A stretch of 64,000 bases of DNA from an uncultured Candidatus Peribacteria bacterium (GTDB lineage: Bacteria > Patescibacteriota > Gracilibacteria > UBA1369): the NCBI GenBank assembly GCA_964346765.1, contig CAYFWB010000001.1, positions 226,087-290,086 on the forward strand, written 5' to 3'. Within the stretch, counting starts at the first letter, position 1. Each line of letters opens with the position of its first letter. The translations under genes were made by a program, and so were the position numbers. The notes under the pieces are model-generated. The model was not told the origin of the DNA. It saw only the letters and a list, made by a program, of their open reading frames with translations, and made no database searches. This document shows, one piece after another, positions 9,551 through 19,739 of the stretch.

Positions 9551-11557
9551 TTATACCGTGGAAAGAGGATCCACGTCGATTGTCACGTCTTTTAGATTGA
9601 TCGGGTTGATTTTTTTTAAGAGTTTAGCGGGGTTTTGACCACTGATTAAAATGTGCCAGCGGTAAGTGTCTTTTAATTTTGGGATCAGGGCCGGGTAATA
9701 ATTTATTTCAAAATGTTCTTCAAAATGTTGTTTATTGCTTTCTTGCAGTAGTTTGTTGATTTTTTCAGTCAGATTGATACATCGTTGGTTATTTTTATCT
9801 TTGATCGTAAGTTTTATCAGTTTTGAAAAAGGTGGTTGAGAAAGTTCTTTTCTAATTTTGATTTCCTGTTCATAGAAACCCGTGAAATCGTGTTTTGCCG
9901 CCGCTCGGATAGCGTAATGGTTGGGCAGGTAGGTTTGTATAATCGCGTCTCCGTTTTGTTCGCGACCTGATCGTCCAGCGACTTGAGTGATCAGCTGAAA
10001 TGTTTGTTCGCTTGCTCTGAAGTTTGGCAGTGTAAGTCCCAGATCTGCCAATACAATTCCAACCAGATTAATCTTTGGTAAGTGTAGTCCTATGGCGATC
10101 ATTTGTGTTCCGACCAGGATATCGGCTTGACCGTTTTTGAAAGTCTCATAGATTTGTTTGAATTGGTCTCTTTTTTGGGTGGTGTCTCTGTCCGCTCGGA
10201 TTATCCTGGAACCTTTAAACATTTTATTCAATTCATCTTCAACTCTTTGTGTACCCAATCCTATGTATTTAATATATGCGCTGTCGCAATTGGGGCAGGT
10301 GTGCGGTACTTTTTCAATTTTTCCGCAGTGATGGCAGATCAGTCTTTCTACATTGAACGTGCCGTCTTCAACAGTGAATTTTTTATGATAAGTCATCGGG
10401 ATTTCACAGCTGTCGCAGTTGTGTACATAGCCGCAAACTCTGCAGATGACAGCCGAAGCGGCACCGCGCCTGTTAAGAAATAGCAGAGATTGTTCTTTGT
10501 TATTAAGTTTTTCGTTTAGCTTATCTTGTAAATCGAGACTGAATATAGAAAAATTTTTCTTTTTCAGTTCTTGTCTTAAATCGACAATTTTGGTTTGCGG
10601 AAGCATACTTTTTTTTTGTGGTCTTTCGTTTAAGTTCATCAGCTCATAGATGCCTTTTTTTGCGGCGTAATAGCTTTCTATGGACGGGGTGGCGCTACCC
10701 ATGAGGACTTTAATTTTTAGAGTCTTCGCCATTCTTTGAGCGACATTTACGGCATGATAACGCGGGGTTTGATCCTGCTTGTAGGAATGATCATGTTCTT
10801 CATCGATTATGATTATGCCAATATCCCGAAAGGGCGCGAAAAGGGCTGATCTTGATCCTATGATTATTCTTGTTTTTCCGCTGTGGATCGACAGCCATGC
10901 CTCTTCCTTTTGTTTAAGGGTGAGTTGTGAATGTATAACTCGCGTCGGTTCATGAAAATGTTCTTCAAAACGTTGTTGCGTTTGAGGTGAAAGCGATATT
11001 TCGGGTATTAGAATAAGGACCTGTTTATCCCGTTTAAGATATTTTTCAACGGTATGCAGGTAAATTTCGGTTTTGCCAGAGCCGGTTATGCCATGAAGCA
11101 GTCCAACTGAATTTTTACTTTTCTCAAACTGTTCTAAAACTTTGATTTGATCATCGCTGAGCTGATGTTGAAATTTAAGTTTAAACGGAGAAGTATCAAT
11201 GTTGTTCACGGTGGATATTTTTTTCTTTTTTACGATGGAAACTGGCACGAACAGTTTAAGAGCCCTGAATTTGGGACAAAAATAGTAATCAGCTATCCAG
11301 TCGATAAGTTCGATTTGATGGGATGTCAGGTGTGGCGCGTTTTTAACCGCCCCGATGATCGGTTTTGTGGAATATGCGGGTTTATTATTATGAATTTTGT
11401 AAATAATCCCTTTAACCTTTCTGTTTTTTAAGGGTGCTTCTACAATTGTTCCCAGATTCAACTTTAAATTACCGGGTAGGGAGTAAGTCAATGTATCTTT
11501 ATTTTCCCCCACTTTTTGAAAAAGCAGAATTTCGGCGTAGCATTGTTTCGTATTCAC
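9551..11557 (-). CDS. priA: primosomal protein N' (replication restart helicase PriA)
   Basis: Walker A GITGSGKTE, DEEHD box and a Cys-rich zinc insertion (CRVCGYVHNCDSCE...CHHCG...CPNCDS). Confidence 0.9.
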   Translation of the reverse strand: MNTKQCYAEILLFQKVGENKDTLTYSLPGNLKLNLGTIVEAPLKNRKVKGIIYKIHNNKPAYSTKPIIGAVKNAPHLTSHQIELIDWIADYYFCPKFRALKLFVPVSIVKKKKISTVNNIDTSPFKLKFQHQLSDDQIKVLEQFEKSKNSVGLLHGITGSGKTEIYLHTVEKYLKRDKQVLILIPEISLSPQTQQRFEEHFHEPTRVIHSQLTLKQKEEAWLSIHSGKTRIIIGSRSALFAPFRDIGIIIIDEEHDHSYKQDQTPRYHAVNVAQRMAKTLKIKVLMGSATPSIESYYAAKKGIYELMNLNERPQKKSMLPQTKIVDLRQELKKKNFSIFSLDLQDKLNEKLNNKEQSLLFLNRRGAASAVICRVCGYVHNCDSCEIPMTYHKKFTVEDGTFNVERLICHHCGKIEKVPHTCPNCDSAYIKYIGLGTQRVEDELNKMFKGSRIIRADRDTTQKRDQFKQIYETFKNGQADILVGTQMIAIGLHLPKINLVGIVLADLGLTLPNFRASEQTFQLITQVAGRSGREQNGDAIIQTYLPNHYAIRAAAKHDFTGFYEQEIKIRKELSQPPFSKLIKLTIKDKNNQRCINLTEKINKLLQESNKQHFEEHFEINYYPALIPKLKDTYRWHILISGQNPAKLLKKINPINLKDVTIDVDPLSTV

Positions 11558-11889
11558 TGCTGTTTTTTATGAGTTTTTTTGATTACCTGGTTAATTTTTT
11601 CGCAGATTTTTTCGGGGTTTAGCCTGTGGATAGCCGCTCCTTCTTCTATACTTTCGTAGGCGGCTCCATGGCACCCCACACAATGTATGCCCAATTCACG
11701 CATGACTTGAGCGGCTTCGGGGTATGCCAGAATAACGTCTCCGATTACCATGTCTTTTGTGATTTCCACGATTTCTCCTTCTTTAAGATGTACTTCTTGG
11801 TGCGGATGGATGATTTCCATGGAAGCTCTGTCTTCCCTATTGCCGGTTTTTTTTTGATTGTGCATATTATTGTTTATTATCATTCTCAT
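11554..11889 (-). CDS. DUF1858-type (hybrid-cluster-associated redox disulfide) small protein
   Basis: MVIGDVILAYPEAAQVMRELGIHCVGCHGAAYESIEEGA matches the CxxC DUF1858 pattern. There is a 4-nt overlap with the priA start. Confidence 0.6.
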   Translation of the reverse strand: MRMIINNNMHNQKKTGNREDRASMEIIHPHQEVHLKEGEIVEITKDMVIGDVILAYPEAAQVMRELGIHCVGCHGAAYESIEEGAAIHRLNPEKICEKINQVIKKTHKKQQ

Positions 11890-11925
11890 TCTACAAAAAA
11901 GATAAATATAATTAACATTTATCTA

Positions 11926-11954
11926 TTGACACTTCCATTAAAATATGTTATAAA
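11926..11954 (+). promoter_or_regulatory. sigma-70-like promoter (TTGACA-17 nt-TATAAA)
   Basis: TTGACA at 11926-11931 and TATAAA at 11949-11954, about 23 nt upstream of the ATG at 11977. Confidence 0.45.
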
Positions 11955-11976
11955 GACAGCCTTTGTAATTTTGCAT

Positions 11977-12621
11977 ATGAATTATCATAATGATCAACAA
12001 CAAGGCGCTTATGAAAAAGCTATGGCAATTTTGAAAGCCGCCATGGAAAGAAGATATGACGTTTTAACCGAAACTTTTGTTAAAGAGGGGCCTGACAGAT
12101 TAAAGGAGTTAATGGCTTACGAAAACGAACAGGATTGGGTTGAGCTTTTTGATTATCTGGTTTCCAAACAGGGTGTATTAAAGAAAACGGTAATGACTTA
12201 TATGGATTTTTTTACTGATTTTGTGGCAAAAAAGGGTCCGCAGGCTTTACGAAATTTGTTCAGAATCAATGAAAGTAAATATGATCTCAATTTTGAAGAA
12301 ATATTTGACCTGGTGGCTATTTCAACAGGAGCTCTGCATAATTATGTTAATGATAATAAAATGGAACTGGCGCACAGAATTCGCGATGGAAAGGCTAATA
12401 GTCTAAGGTATGAATTAGGGTTGAATAATTCAAAATATGACGACCTTTGGTTTGAAATATTGGATTTATTGATGAGATGCGTTTGTGAAACTGCTATCAC
12501 AAAGAGTCAGTACGATCATGGTTTGAAGGCTTTTTCATTACTTATGAATAAAACTCGTCAGCAACGTTCGCTGAGATCTTACAGTAAAATGTGGGAATAC
12601 AGCGATGCAGGAAAATTTTAG
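11977..12621 (+). CDS. hypothetical protein (214 aa)
   Basis: I trimmed the tracked ORF 11626..12621 to the first ATG downstream of the promoter (MNYHNDQQQGAYEK...). The upstream part overlaps the minus-strand gene 11554..11889. Confidence 0.55.
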   Translation: MNYHNDQQQGAYEKAMAILKAAMERRYDVLTETFVKEGPDRLKELMAYENEQDWVELFDYLVSKQGVLKKTVMTYMDFFTDFVAKKGPQALRNLFRINESKYDLNFEEIFDLVAISTGALHNYVNDNKMELAHRIRDGKANSLRYELGLNNSKYDDLWFEILDLLMRCVCETAITKSQYDHGLKAFSLLMNKTRQQRSLRSYSKMWEYSDAGKF

Positions 12622-12932
12622 TCGATATTTTTTTTCAGTTTGATTTTAAAGTAGTGATCTTTGTCCGATCCGTCTTTATGAACTACGCGAATATGATAGG
12701 CGGCGTATCGTTCCGGCATGAATTTGTAGTGGCAATAATCAACAACTTTGGTCTCTTTACCCAGTCTTTCTTTATTTAAGTGATTGTCGCTGTCTTCTCT
12801 TTCACTGTGTTCTATCGCTTCATATTGTTCGGGAGTTAGATTTTCCCACTCAGTGCTTCTTTGTTTATAAATGGCTTTTAGTTTATCCCAATACTGATCA
12901 ATTGTTTCGGCGTTGATGTATTCTCCGGACAT
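12618..12932 (-). CDS. hypothetical protein (104 aa)
   Basis: Intact ORF with protein-like composition. No family recognised. Confidence 0.45.
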   Translation of the reverse strand: MSGEYINAETIDQYWDKLKAIYKQRSTEWENLTPEQYEAIEHSEREDSDNHLNKERLGKETKVVDYCHYKFMPERYAAYHIRVVHKDGSDKDHYFKIKLKKNID

Positions 12933-12978
12933 AAAACTTAAAAGTTAGCTTTTATTGACGTAATAATTTTAACATATT

Positions 12979-13755
12979 TTAGGCTTTGAGTCCGATTCCT
13001 TTTTTCAACAGATAAAGGTTGAGTCCGAGCGTAATAACGGTGAATCCTATTAAGACCGACAAACTGACCCATATATTAACATCGGATACTCCAAAAAAGC
13101 CGTAGCGAAAACCGTCGATCAGGTAAAAGATCGGATTTGATTTGGAGATTGTTTGCCATAATTCGGGCAGTGAATGAATGGAATAAAAGACTCCTCCCAG
13201 ATATGTGAGAGGTGTTAAAATGAAGGTTGGGAAGATGCTTACATCATCGAACTTTTTGGCAAACATGCCGTTTATTAATCCTCCCAGAGAAAACAGCAGT
13301 GCGCTTAAAATAATAAAAATGAGAATCAGTAAAAAATTGTGTACCTGCGGTTCCGCGAAAAACATTGAAACGGCAAAAACGATCAGCCCCACTATCAGGC
13401 CTCTTAATATTCCGCCGCCAACGTATCCCGCGATTATTAAGTGATTAGGGGTGGGGGACACTATTAATTCTTCTATGTTTTTTTGAAATTTTGAGCTGAA
13501 AAAAGAGCTTACAACATTGGAATATGAACTGTTTATTACCGCCATCATGACAAGTCCCGGAACAATAAACGACATGTAAGAAATTCCGCTGACCGTGTTT
13601 ATTTGGGATCCGATATAGGTTCCGAAAATTATGAAAAATAGAGATTGCGTTATTACGGGGGGGAGAAGCGTTTGCATCCAGATGCGCATGAACCTGGTTA
13701 CTTCTTTTCGGATAATGGTTGAAAAGGCCACCCATTTTTGTGTCAGAGTCATCAT
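12979..13755 (-). CDS. ABC-2 type transporter permease
   Basis: Six-TM permease, with a 4-nt overlap to the upstream ATPase gene. Confidence 0.8.
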   Translation of the reverse strand: MMTLTQKWVAFSTIIRKEVTRFMRIWMQTLLPPVITQSLFFIIFGTYIGSQINTVSGISYMSFIVPGLVMMAVINSSYSNVVSSFFSSKFQKNIEELIVSPTPNHLIIAGYVGGGILRGLIVGLIVFAVSMFFAEPQVHNFLLILIFIILSALLFSLGGLINGMFAKKFDDVSIFPTFILTPLTYLGGVFYSIHSLPELWQTISKSNPIFYLIDGFRYGFFGVSDVNIWVSLSVLIGFTVITLGLNLYLLKKGIGLKA

Positions 13756-14657
13756 TTTTTATGGATGTTTAGAAATAATTGTTCCAACCTGTTGCCCTTG
13801 GGGCGAAGATCCAGGATTGAAATTCCCTGGCTCGATAGGTCGCTTATCAGTTCATTTAAGTTTTTGTTCATCCCAAGATCCACCTCCATGGTGTTTTTGT
13901 CAACAATGTTAATGTCGTATTCTTGACTGTATTTGCCGTTTCCTATTTTATTGACGGTAATAACATAGGTTTGTGTATCCAGTGATTTAATGGTGTTAAT
14001 CATGGAATCCTGTTTAATGATTTTTCCTTCTTTAATAATGGCTACGTTTTTGCATAGTTGTTCCGCTTCTTCAAGGTAATGGGTTGTCAGCAGTATGGTT
14101 TTTCCTTCTTTGTTTATTTGAGTTAGGTAGTCCCACATTTCGTGCCTTAGTTCAACGTCTACACCGGCTGTGGGTTCATCCAGGATCAGAAATTCGGGAT
14201 TGTGGATCAGGGCTCGCGCTATCATGAGACGGCGTTTCATCCCCCCGGAGAGCGAAATTGCATTTTGGTTTCTTTTATTCCAAAGGCCAAGTTGATTGAG
14301 AATTTTTTCGGCGTTTTTGAACGATTCTTTCCGCGGGATACCAAAATATCCGGCCTGTTGAGTGACAATATCATGTACCTTTTCAAAAATGTTAAAATTG
14401 AATTCCTGAGGTACCACGCCGATCAATGTTTTGGCGTGGCTGTGATTTTTGTCTATATCAATATTGAAAATGGAAACTTTGCCGGAGGATTTGTTTACTA
14501 TTCCGGTAAGTATGCCGATCAGAGTGGTTTTGCCGGCTCCGTTTGCTCCAAGCAAAGCGAAAAAATCTCCTTTTTTTATTTTAAGATTAACTTCTTTTAG
14601 AGCTGTGACTCCGTTTGAATATATTTTGTTCAAATTTTCCGTAGCTAGCGCGTTCAT
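13752..14657 (-). CDS. ABC transporter ATP-binding protein
   Basis: Walker A GANGAGKTT, signature LSGGMKRR and Walker B LILDEPT. Confidence 0.9.
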   Translation of the reverse strand: MNALATENLNKIYSNGVTALKEVNLKIKKGDFFALLGANGAGKTTLIGILTGIVNKSSGKVSIFNIDIDKNHSHAKTLIGVVPQEFNFNIFEKVHDIVTQQAGYFGIPRKESFKNAEKILNQLGLWNKRNQNAISLSGGMKRRLMIARALIHNPEFLILDEPTAGVDVELRHEMWDYLTQINKEGKTILLTTHYLEEAEQLCKNVAIIKEGKIIKQDSMINTIKSLDTQTYVITVNKIGNGKYSQEYDINIVDKNTMEVDLGMNKNLNELISDLSSQGISILDLRPKGNRLEQLFLNIHKK

Positions 14658-14734
14658 GTATGTGTCGGTTTATTTAATGTTGCATCTTAAATAAGTTATT
14701 CGAAAATTGCAAATGGGGCATTTGTATGTATATG

Positions 14735-14809
14735 TGGTACCTCCGGAGGGAATCGAACCCCCATGGCTGGTTCCGAAGACCAGTGCTTTATCCGTTAAGC
14801 TACGGAGGC
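14735..14809 (-). tRNA. tRNA-Arg (anticodon TCG), CCA encoded
   Basis: The reverse complement folds as a cloverleaf: acceptor GCCUCCG/CGGAGGU, D arm GCUU..AAGC, anticodon stem CUGGU/ACCAG with loop CUUCGGA, T arm GGGGG-UUCGAUU-CCCUC, then ACCA. Confidence 0.85.
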
Positions 14810-14816
14810 GTGAGTC

Positions 14817-14848
14817 TTAAAAAGGGCTGTCATTTGACAACCCTTTTT
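14817..14848 (-). terminator. rho-independent terminator downstream of secDF
   Basis: Hairpin GGGCTGTCA/TGACAACCC (14824-14843). On the minus strand it is followed by a T run. Confidence 0.5.
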
Positions 14849-14875
14849 AGCATGTATCGGCTGTTTTATCAATCT

Positions 14876-17800
14876 TTAGTTATTTTCTTTTTTTCTGCGG
14901 ATGTAGTTTTGCCAGTCAATGAGAATAGGTGTCGCTACGAAAATTGATGAGTACGTTCCTGATATAATACCCACGATAAGGGATAAGACAAAGAATTTTA
15001 TACTTGCCACTCCCAGGAAGAACAGCGTTCCCAATACGAATAGTGTGGATAATGATGTATTGATTGATCTGGCTAAGGTTTCATTAAGTGCCTGGTTGGC
15101 AACGTCACCGAATGTTTCGTCACGTTTTTGGTATTTCAATTTTTCTCGAATTCTGTCGAATACTACAATAGTGTCGTGAACTGAGAAACCAAGTACTGTC
15201 AACATGGCCGTGATAAACAAGGCGTCAATTTCAACGTTCAAGAAGATACCAAGGAAGATGTAAACGCCCAGCATTATAGCAAGGTCGTGGATAAGCGCGA
15301 TGATTGCTGAAACACCGAATCGCCATTTGCCGATATATCTTGGTACTCTTCTGAAAGCCAAAGCGATGTACAAAACTATCATGACCGCGGCAATAAGTAC
15401 CGCGAAAATTGCCTTTTGTTGCAGACTTTGACCAACGGTCGGACCGACTGTGGAGAATCTGCTTTCTTCGAATGCTCCGAGTTTGATTTTTAGCTCTTCA
15501 ATTAGATAGTCATGCGCTTCGGCGGAAATATGCGGTGTTTTAATCAGAAATCTGTTTTCACTGGGTACGACCTGTGATTTGCTGAGGTCAACTTGTTCTT
15601 TTTCCGTTGTGAGTGTTGGTTGGACCGGAGATGCTTCGATTTGGTCGTTGGCATCAGTATCGGCGGTATTTTTTGGATCGGTATCTGTAGTTTCATCCGC
15701 TGTCGCGTCTTGTTCAGTTGATTCATCCGCGATTGACACGTTGTTTTGCAAGGCTTCCTGTTCGTTCATTTTTTCTTCGTGAGAAGCGGTGAGTTTTTCA
15801 TTTATCGTCTGTTGGCTTTCATCAATAGCGGATTTGATTGTTTTGGCGTCAATTTGTTCTTCAAACTTCAATTCCATTAATGTCCCTCCGGTGAAGTCCA
15901 ATCCAAGTTTTAATCCGAAGATAGGTAATCCTATAAGAGTGATAAGGATGAGAGCTGAAGATAATATGTAGAAGAATTTTCTTTTTGATATTATTGGCAG
16001 AATTTTTTTATTCTTTTTACCTCTGCCTCCAAATAGCCATAGAACTTTACCCATTTGGGTGTGGGATGCTCCTTCCAGGAATGTTTTTGTGATGGTGATT
16101 GCGGTGAACATTGAAACCAGAATACCGGCCGCCAAGTTAAAGGCGAATCCTTGGATGATTGAGCTTCCAAAATAGAACAAAATGGCGCAGGTTATAAGTG
16201 AGGCGAAGTTTGAGTCCCTGATACTGCTCCACGCCCTGTCAAAGCCCACTTCAATGGCCGCTCCCAAAGATCTGCCGTCGCGCAGCTCTTCTTTGATTCT
16301 TTCGAAGATTAGTATGTTGGCGTCAACAGCCATACCTATTGAAAGAATTACACCTGCTATACCGGCAAGAGTAAGAACTATAGGTGTGGCCAGAACGAAT
16401 GTTATAAAGAAAAGCACGAAACATGCCAAAACGGCCGAAATTGCTTTTTCAACGGTTGACTCCCGGTTATTCATAATTCCAAGAATCAATATTGCAAACA
16501 ATACGACCGAACCTATCAGAGAAAATATAATCGGCAGAGATACTTTAATCAGAAAGATCAATATTGCGGCGTAAATTGTCAGTGATACCGATGCTATGAA
16601 TCCGGGCAATCGGTAATAAAGGATCATGAATATGATCACCAGCAATAAGCCAAGTAAACCGGCGTTTATACTGCTTGATAAGGCGCTTTGGCCCAGGGTG
16701 GCTCCAATACTGTACTGTCCGGCAAGTGTGATAGGGGCGGGGATAGCACCGGTGTTTAAGTCTCTGGCCATTTCATTGGCTTCTTCCAATGTAAATTGTC
16801 CTGTTATTTGCGCCGATCCTCCGGCAATGACTTCGTTTACATTTGGTGCTGAAACTTGTTGGCCTCCCACGAAAATGGCAATCGGTTTACCAACGTTTTT
16901 TCTTGTCAGTTCTTCAAATAGTTTGGCACCTTCGTCGTCGAATAGAATAGATATATAAGGGCTCATTGTTTGCGTGAATTCAACGTCGGCCCTTATAAAA
17001 TGTCTGCCGTCCAGTTCCGTGCTCGCCCATGGATCCGGCGCGGCGGAATAGTAAACGTCGATGTATTTTATTTGCGGTTCGGTTTTGGTTTCCGTCTTGG
17101 CTTCCTGTATCTCTTCCGCCCTTAAAATATGATAACCGAACGGTGTTTCGATAATGTCGGATATTTCGCCCGTTTTTTCTAATGCTACTGCCGCGTCTTC
17201 GTATTCTTTTACATATTCTTCGCCACCGGCAGTAACGGGATTTTCATAGAGTCCGCCGTTTTCTTTTGAACCGGGATCGTCGGAATATTCTTTGGCTAAT
17301 TCGGCAAAGTCTTCTCCTTGTTCAATTTTGGACATAACCTCTTCTATTCTGGTTTTTGCCTCTTCCTGAGTCCTGGTTACCTTTTCCGTGGGGTTTTCAG
17401 CGTCTTTATGCCCAACCAGTATATGTCTGACAACGACTCCTCTTGGATATTCGGTGGTTCTGTCATAATTTCTTTTTTCGGTTATTTCCAAAATATGGAA
17501 TCCTTTGGGGCCGGGGACTAAATTCCCGCTGGCGTCAACGGTATAACTGCCCGTGTCTTCGATAAGTGAATCGGTGATTTGTCCTTGATCCAATTCAAAA
17601 AGTTTGTCGGCGATCTGCGTCGAAACTTCATCTTTGTATTTAAACTCTTCAGTTTCCATATAAAACACTTTTCCCGGATTGGCCTGCTCTTCTTCTTGTC
17701 CCAATACTTTTAGATCTCCGCCTTGAATCACTTTATCAAGTAGTTCCTGAGCTTGTGTTTTGACTTTTTGCTCCAGTTCAGGGTCATCCTTGTTTTCTTT

Positions 17801-18205
17801 TAACTCCTTGAATTCAAGCTGGATAGTTTTTCCGACTATGGTTTTCGCCTCTTCAAGATCTTGAATTCCGGCAAGTTCAACTAATATATGTTTTTCTTCT
17901 CCGATATCGGATGTATAGATATTTGGCTCGGATACACCAAGATTGTTAACTCTTTTATTGATTATACTTAAAATGCCATCGACAATGCTTTTTTTCTGGT
18001 CTTCAGGTACATTTCTAAGGTCGATTTTGTAGTCCAGCTGAGCTCCGCCCTGCAGATCCAATCCCAGGTGGATTTTAGATTGAGTTATTTGTTCGGGCGC
18101 GAAAGGAACAAGTTTACTCTGAGTTTCCGCGGGCAGGTCAAAAAAACCCAAAAATAGAGCAGCTAAAATAATTATTCCTATATGGAGAAATTTTCTATTT
18201 TTCAT
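14876..18205 (-). CDS. secDF: fused protein translocase subunit SecDF with an embedded parvulin-type PPIase (PrsA/SurA-like) domain
   Basis: SecD motifs (LGLDLQGGAQL, P1 base, 6 TM) are followed by SecF (LDFTGGTLMELKF, 6 TM). Residues ~257-362 (nt ~17120-17437) match the parvulin rotamase pattern (VVVRHILV...GEDFAELAKEYSDDPGSKENGG...ETPFGYHIL). Confidence 0.85.
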   Translation of the reverse strand: MKNRKFLHIGIIILAALFLGFFDLPAETQSKLVPFAPEQITQSKIHLGLDLQGGAQLDYKIDLRNVPEDQKKSIVDGILSIINKRVNNLGVSEPNIYTSDIGEEKHILVELAGIQDLEEAKTIVGKTIQLEFKELKENKDDPELEQKVKTQAQELLDKVIQGGDLKVLGQEEEQANPGKVFYMETEEFKYKDEVSTQIADKLFELDQGQITDSLIEDTGSYTVDASGNLVPGPKGFHILEITEKRNYDRTTEYPRGVVVRHILVGHKDAENPTEKVTRTQEEAKTRIEEVMSKIEQGEDFAELAKEYSDDPGSKENGGLYENPVTAGGEEYVKEYEDAAVALEKTGEISDIIETPFGYHILRAEEIQEAKTETKTEPQIKYIDVYYSAAPDPWASTELDGRHFIRADVEFTQTMSPYISILFDDEGAKLFEELTRKNVGKPIAIFVGGQQVSAPNVNEVIAGGSAQITGQFTLEEANEMARDLNTGAIPAPITLAGQYSIGATLGQSALSSSINAGLLGLLLVIIFMILYYRLPGFIASVSLTIYAAILIFLIKVSLPIIFSLIGSVVLFAILILGIMNNRESTVEKAISAVLACFVLFFITFVLATPIVLTLAGIAGVILSIGMAVDANILIFERIKEELRDGRSLGAAIEVGFDRAWSSIRDSNFASLITCAILFYFGSSIIQGFAFNLAAGILVSMFTAITITKTFLEGASHTQMGKVLWLFGGRGKKNKKILPIISKRKFFYILSSALILITLIGLPIFGLKLGLDFTGGTLMELKFEEQIDAKTIKSAIDESQQTINEKLTASHEEKMNEQEALQNNVSIADESTEQDATADETTDTDPKNTADTDANDQIEASPVQPTLTTEKEQVDLSKSQVVPSENRFLIKTPHISAEAHDYLIEELKIKLGAFEESRFSTVGPTVGQSLQQKAIFAVLIAAVMIVLYIALAFRRVPRYIGKWRFGVSAIIALIHDLAIMLGVYIFLGIFLNVEIDALFITAMLTVLGFSVHDTIVVFDRIREKLKYQKRDETFGDVANQALNETLARSINTSLSTLFVLGTLFFLGVASIKFFVLSLIVGIISGTYSSIFVATPILIDWQNYIRRKKENN

Positions 18206-18237
18206 AGTGTTTAAAAGGGATTATATTTTTTAAATTT

Positions 18238-18651
18238 TTATTGATTAAGCGACTGTTCGTGGAGCTTTGTATCAAGCTCTTCGTGGTTGCCTTTATCCGG
18301 TCTTCCATAATCATCTTCAATACGGACTACGTCTTCAAGTTCGGAGGTTGAAACTTCAAATACTTGAGAGTCTTCAATGCCTTCGATGCGGTGGACAGTA
18401 TAGGGAAAGATATCGTATTTGTCACCCGGTTTTAGTACTATTTGTTGTAAATTTTTCGGGTCTTTCCCGACATGTAAAATCACCTTACCGGTAATTAAAT
18501 ATTGGGTTTCGGTTTTCTTTTCATGATATTGCAGAGAAAGCCGTTTTCCTTTTTTGACTTCAAGGATTTTTCCGGCGTATCCGGCGCAATCCGCGAACCA
18601 GGTTTCACGTCCCCACGGTTTTTCCTTTATTTTGACCGGTGTTTGATCCAT
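18238..18651 (-). CDS. cupin-domain protein (type II phosphomannose isomerase-like C-terminal domain as a separate ORF)
   Basis: Cupin motifs (KPWGRETW, LSLQYHEKKTE, VHRIEG), immediately downstream of the guanylyltransferase gene. Confidence 0.7.
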   Translation of the reverse strand: MDQTPVKIKEKPWGRETWFADCAGYAGKILEVKKGKRLSLQYHEKKTETQYLITGKVILHVGKDPKNLQQIVLKPGDKYDIFPYTVHRIEGIEDSQVFEVSTSELEDVVRIEDDYGRPDKGNHEELDTKLHEQSLNQ

Positions 18652-18656
18652 TTTTA

Positions 18657-19739
18657 TCAGGTTATTTTTTTGTGCCTGCCTGCTTTTAGTTTTTCAATAA
18701 GCTTCTTAACGTCTTGACTGCGGTCTTTTTTGCAAACAAGCAGGGCGTCTTCGGTATCCACAATGACTAGGTTATCAATACCTATTGTGGCGATAAGTTT
18801 GTTTGGATTACCATAAATTAGCGTATTCGAGCTGTCAATTCCGATGTGCGCGGCCTTGACCAAATTGCCTTTTTTGTTTTTTGGTAATTCTTCCATGATG
18901 GATTCCCATGTTCCCACATCGCTCCATCCCAGTTCCGCGGGAATAATTCTGACTATTTTTGGATCGACTTTTTCCATGATTCCATAGTCGATCGAAATTT
19001 TTTCACATAACGGATAGTGTTTTTTTAAAGCGGCGTCTTCTTTTTGACTGCCCAGAGTTTTTCTGATTTCCATCAGATGTTCGTATGTTTCGGGTTGATG
19101 ATTTTTGTAGTAGCTTAAAATGGTTTTGGTTTTCCATACGTAATATCCGGTGTTCCAGAGATATTTGTAGGATTGTAAAAATTTTTTGGCTTTTTCGTAG
19201 TTTGGTTTTTCCGTGAATCCTTCAAAAGAATAAATTTGGGTATCGTTTATTTCTTTTAAGGGTTTGCCGATTTTTACATACCCCAGGTTAACGTTTGGGA
19301 ATTTTGCTTTAACTTCAATAATGTTCAGAGTGTTTTCTTTTTTTGCTAATTGTTCCGCGATTTTCAGTTTTTCGATAAATTCATCGGAATTTTGGATTAA
19401 ATGGTCGGCGTAAATTATGCTCATTACCTCGTCGGGATTTTTGTGTGCCACGTAGATCGCCGCCAGTCCTATGCAGGGAGCGGTGTCTCTTAACGCCGGT
19501 TCCACTATAATTTGGTCAACGGGGATTTTGTAAGGCTTGCTTTGTTCCAGCACTATATGTTTGTATTCCTTGTTTGTTGAAATATAGATGTCGGAGGGTT
19601 TGAGAAATTTCAGTCTTTCAATGGTTTCCTGAAGCATCGTTTTGTTGCTGATCAGTTTTTGGAATTGCTTGGGTTGATTCTTTTTACTGAGAGGCCAGAG
19701 TCTTGAACCTGTTCCTCCCGCCAAAATTACGGCTTTCAT
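18657..19739 (-). CDS. mannose-1-phosphate guanylyltransferase
   Basis: N-terminal MKAVILAGGTGSRLWPLS nucleotidyltransferase signature, ManC/CpsB-like length without the cupin part. Confidence 0.85.
   Translation of the reverse strand: MKAVILAGGTGSRLWPLSKKNQPKQFQKLISNKTMLQETIERLKFLKPSDIYISTNKEYKHIVLEQSKPYKIPVDQIIVEPALRDTAPCIGLAAIYVAHKNPDEVMSIIYADHLIQNSDEFIEKLKIAEQLAKKENTLNIIEVKAKFPNVNLGYVKIGKPLKEINDTQIYSFEGFTEKPNYEKAKKFLQSYKYLWNTGYYVWKTKTILSYYKNHQPETYEHLMEIRKTLGSQKEDAALKKHYPLCEKISIDYGIMEKVDPKIVRIIPAELGWSDVGTWESIMEELPKNKKGNLVKAAHIGIDSSNTLIYGNPNKLIATIGIDNLVIVDTEDALLVCKKDRSQDVKKLIEKLKAGRHKKIT

Noticed and set aside
11626-11976. N-terminal 117 codons of tracked ORF 11626..12621.
   Set aside because: This part overlaps the minus-strand DUF1858 gene and reads like antisense translation. 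A consensus-like promoter and an ATG at 11977 give a more sensible start.
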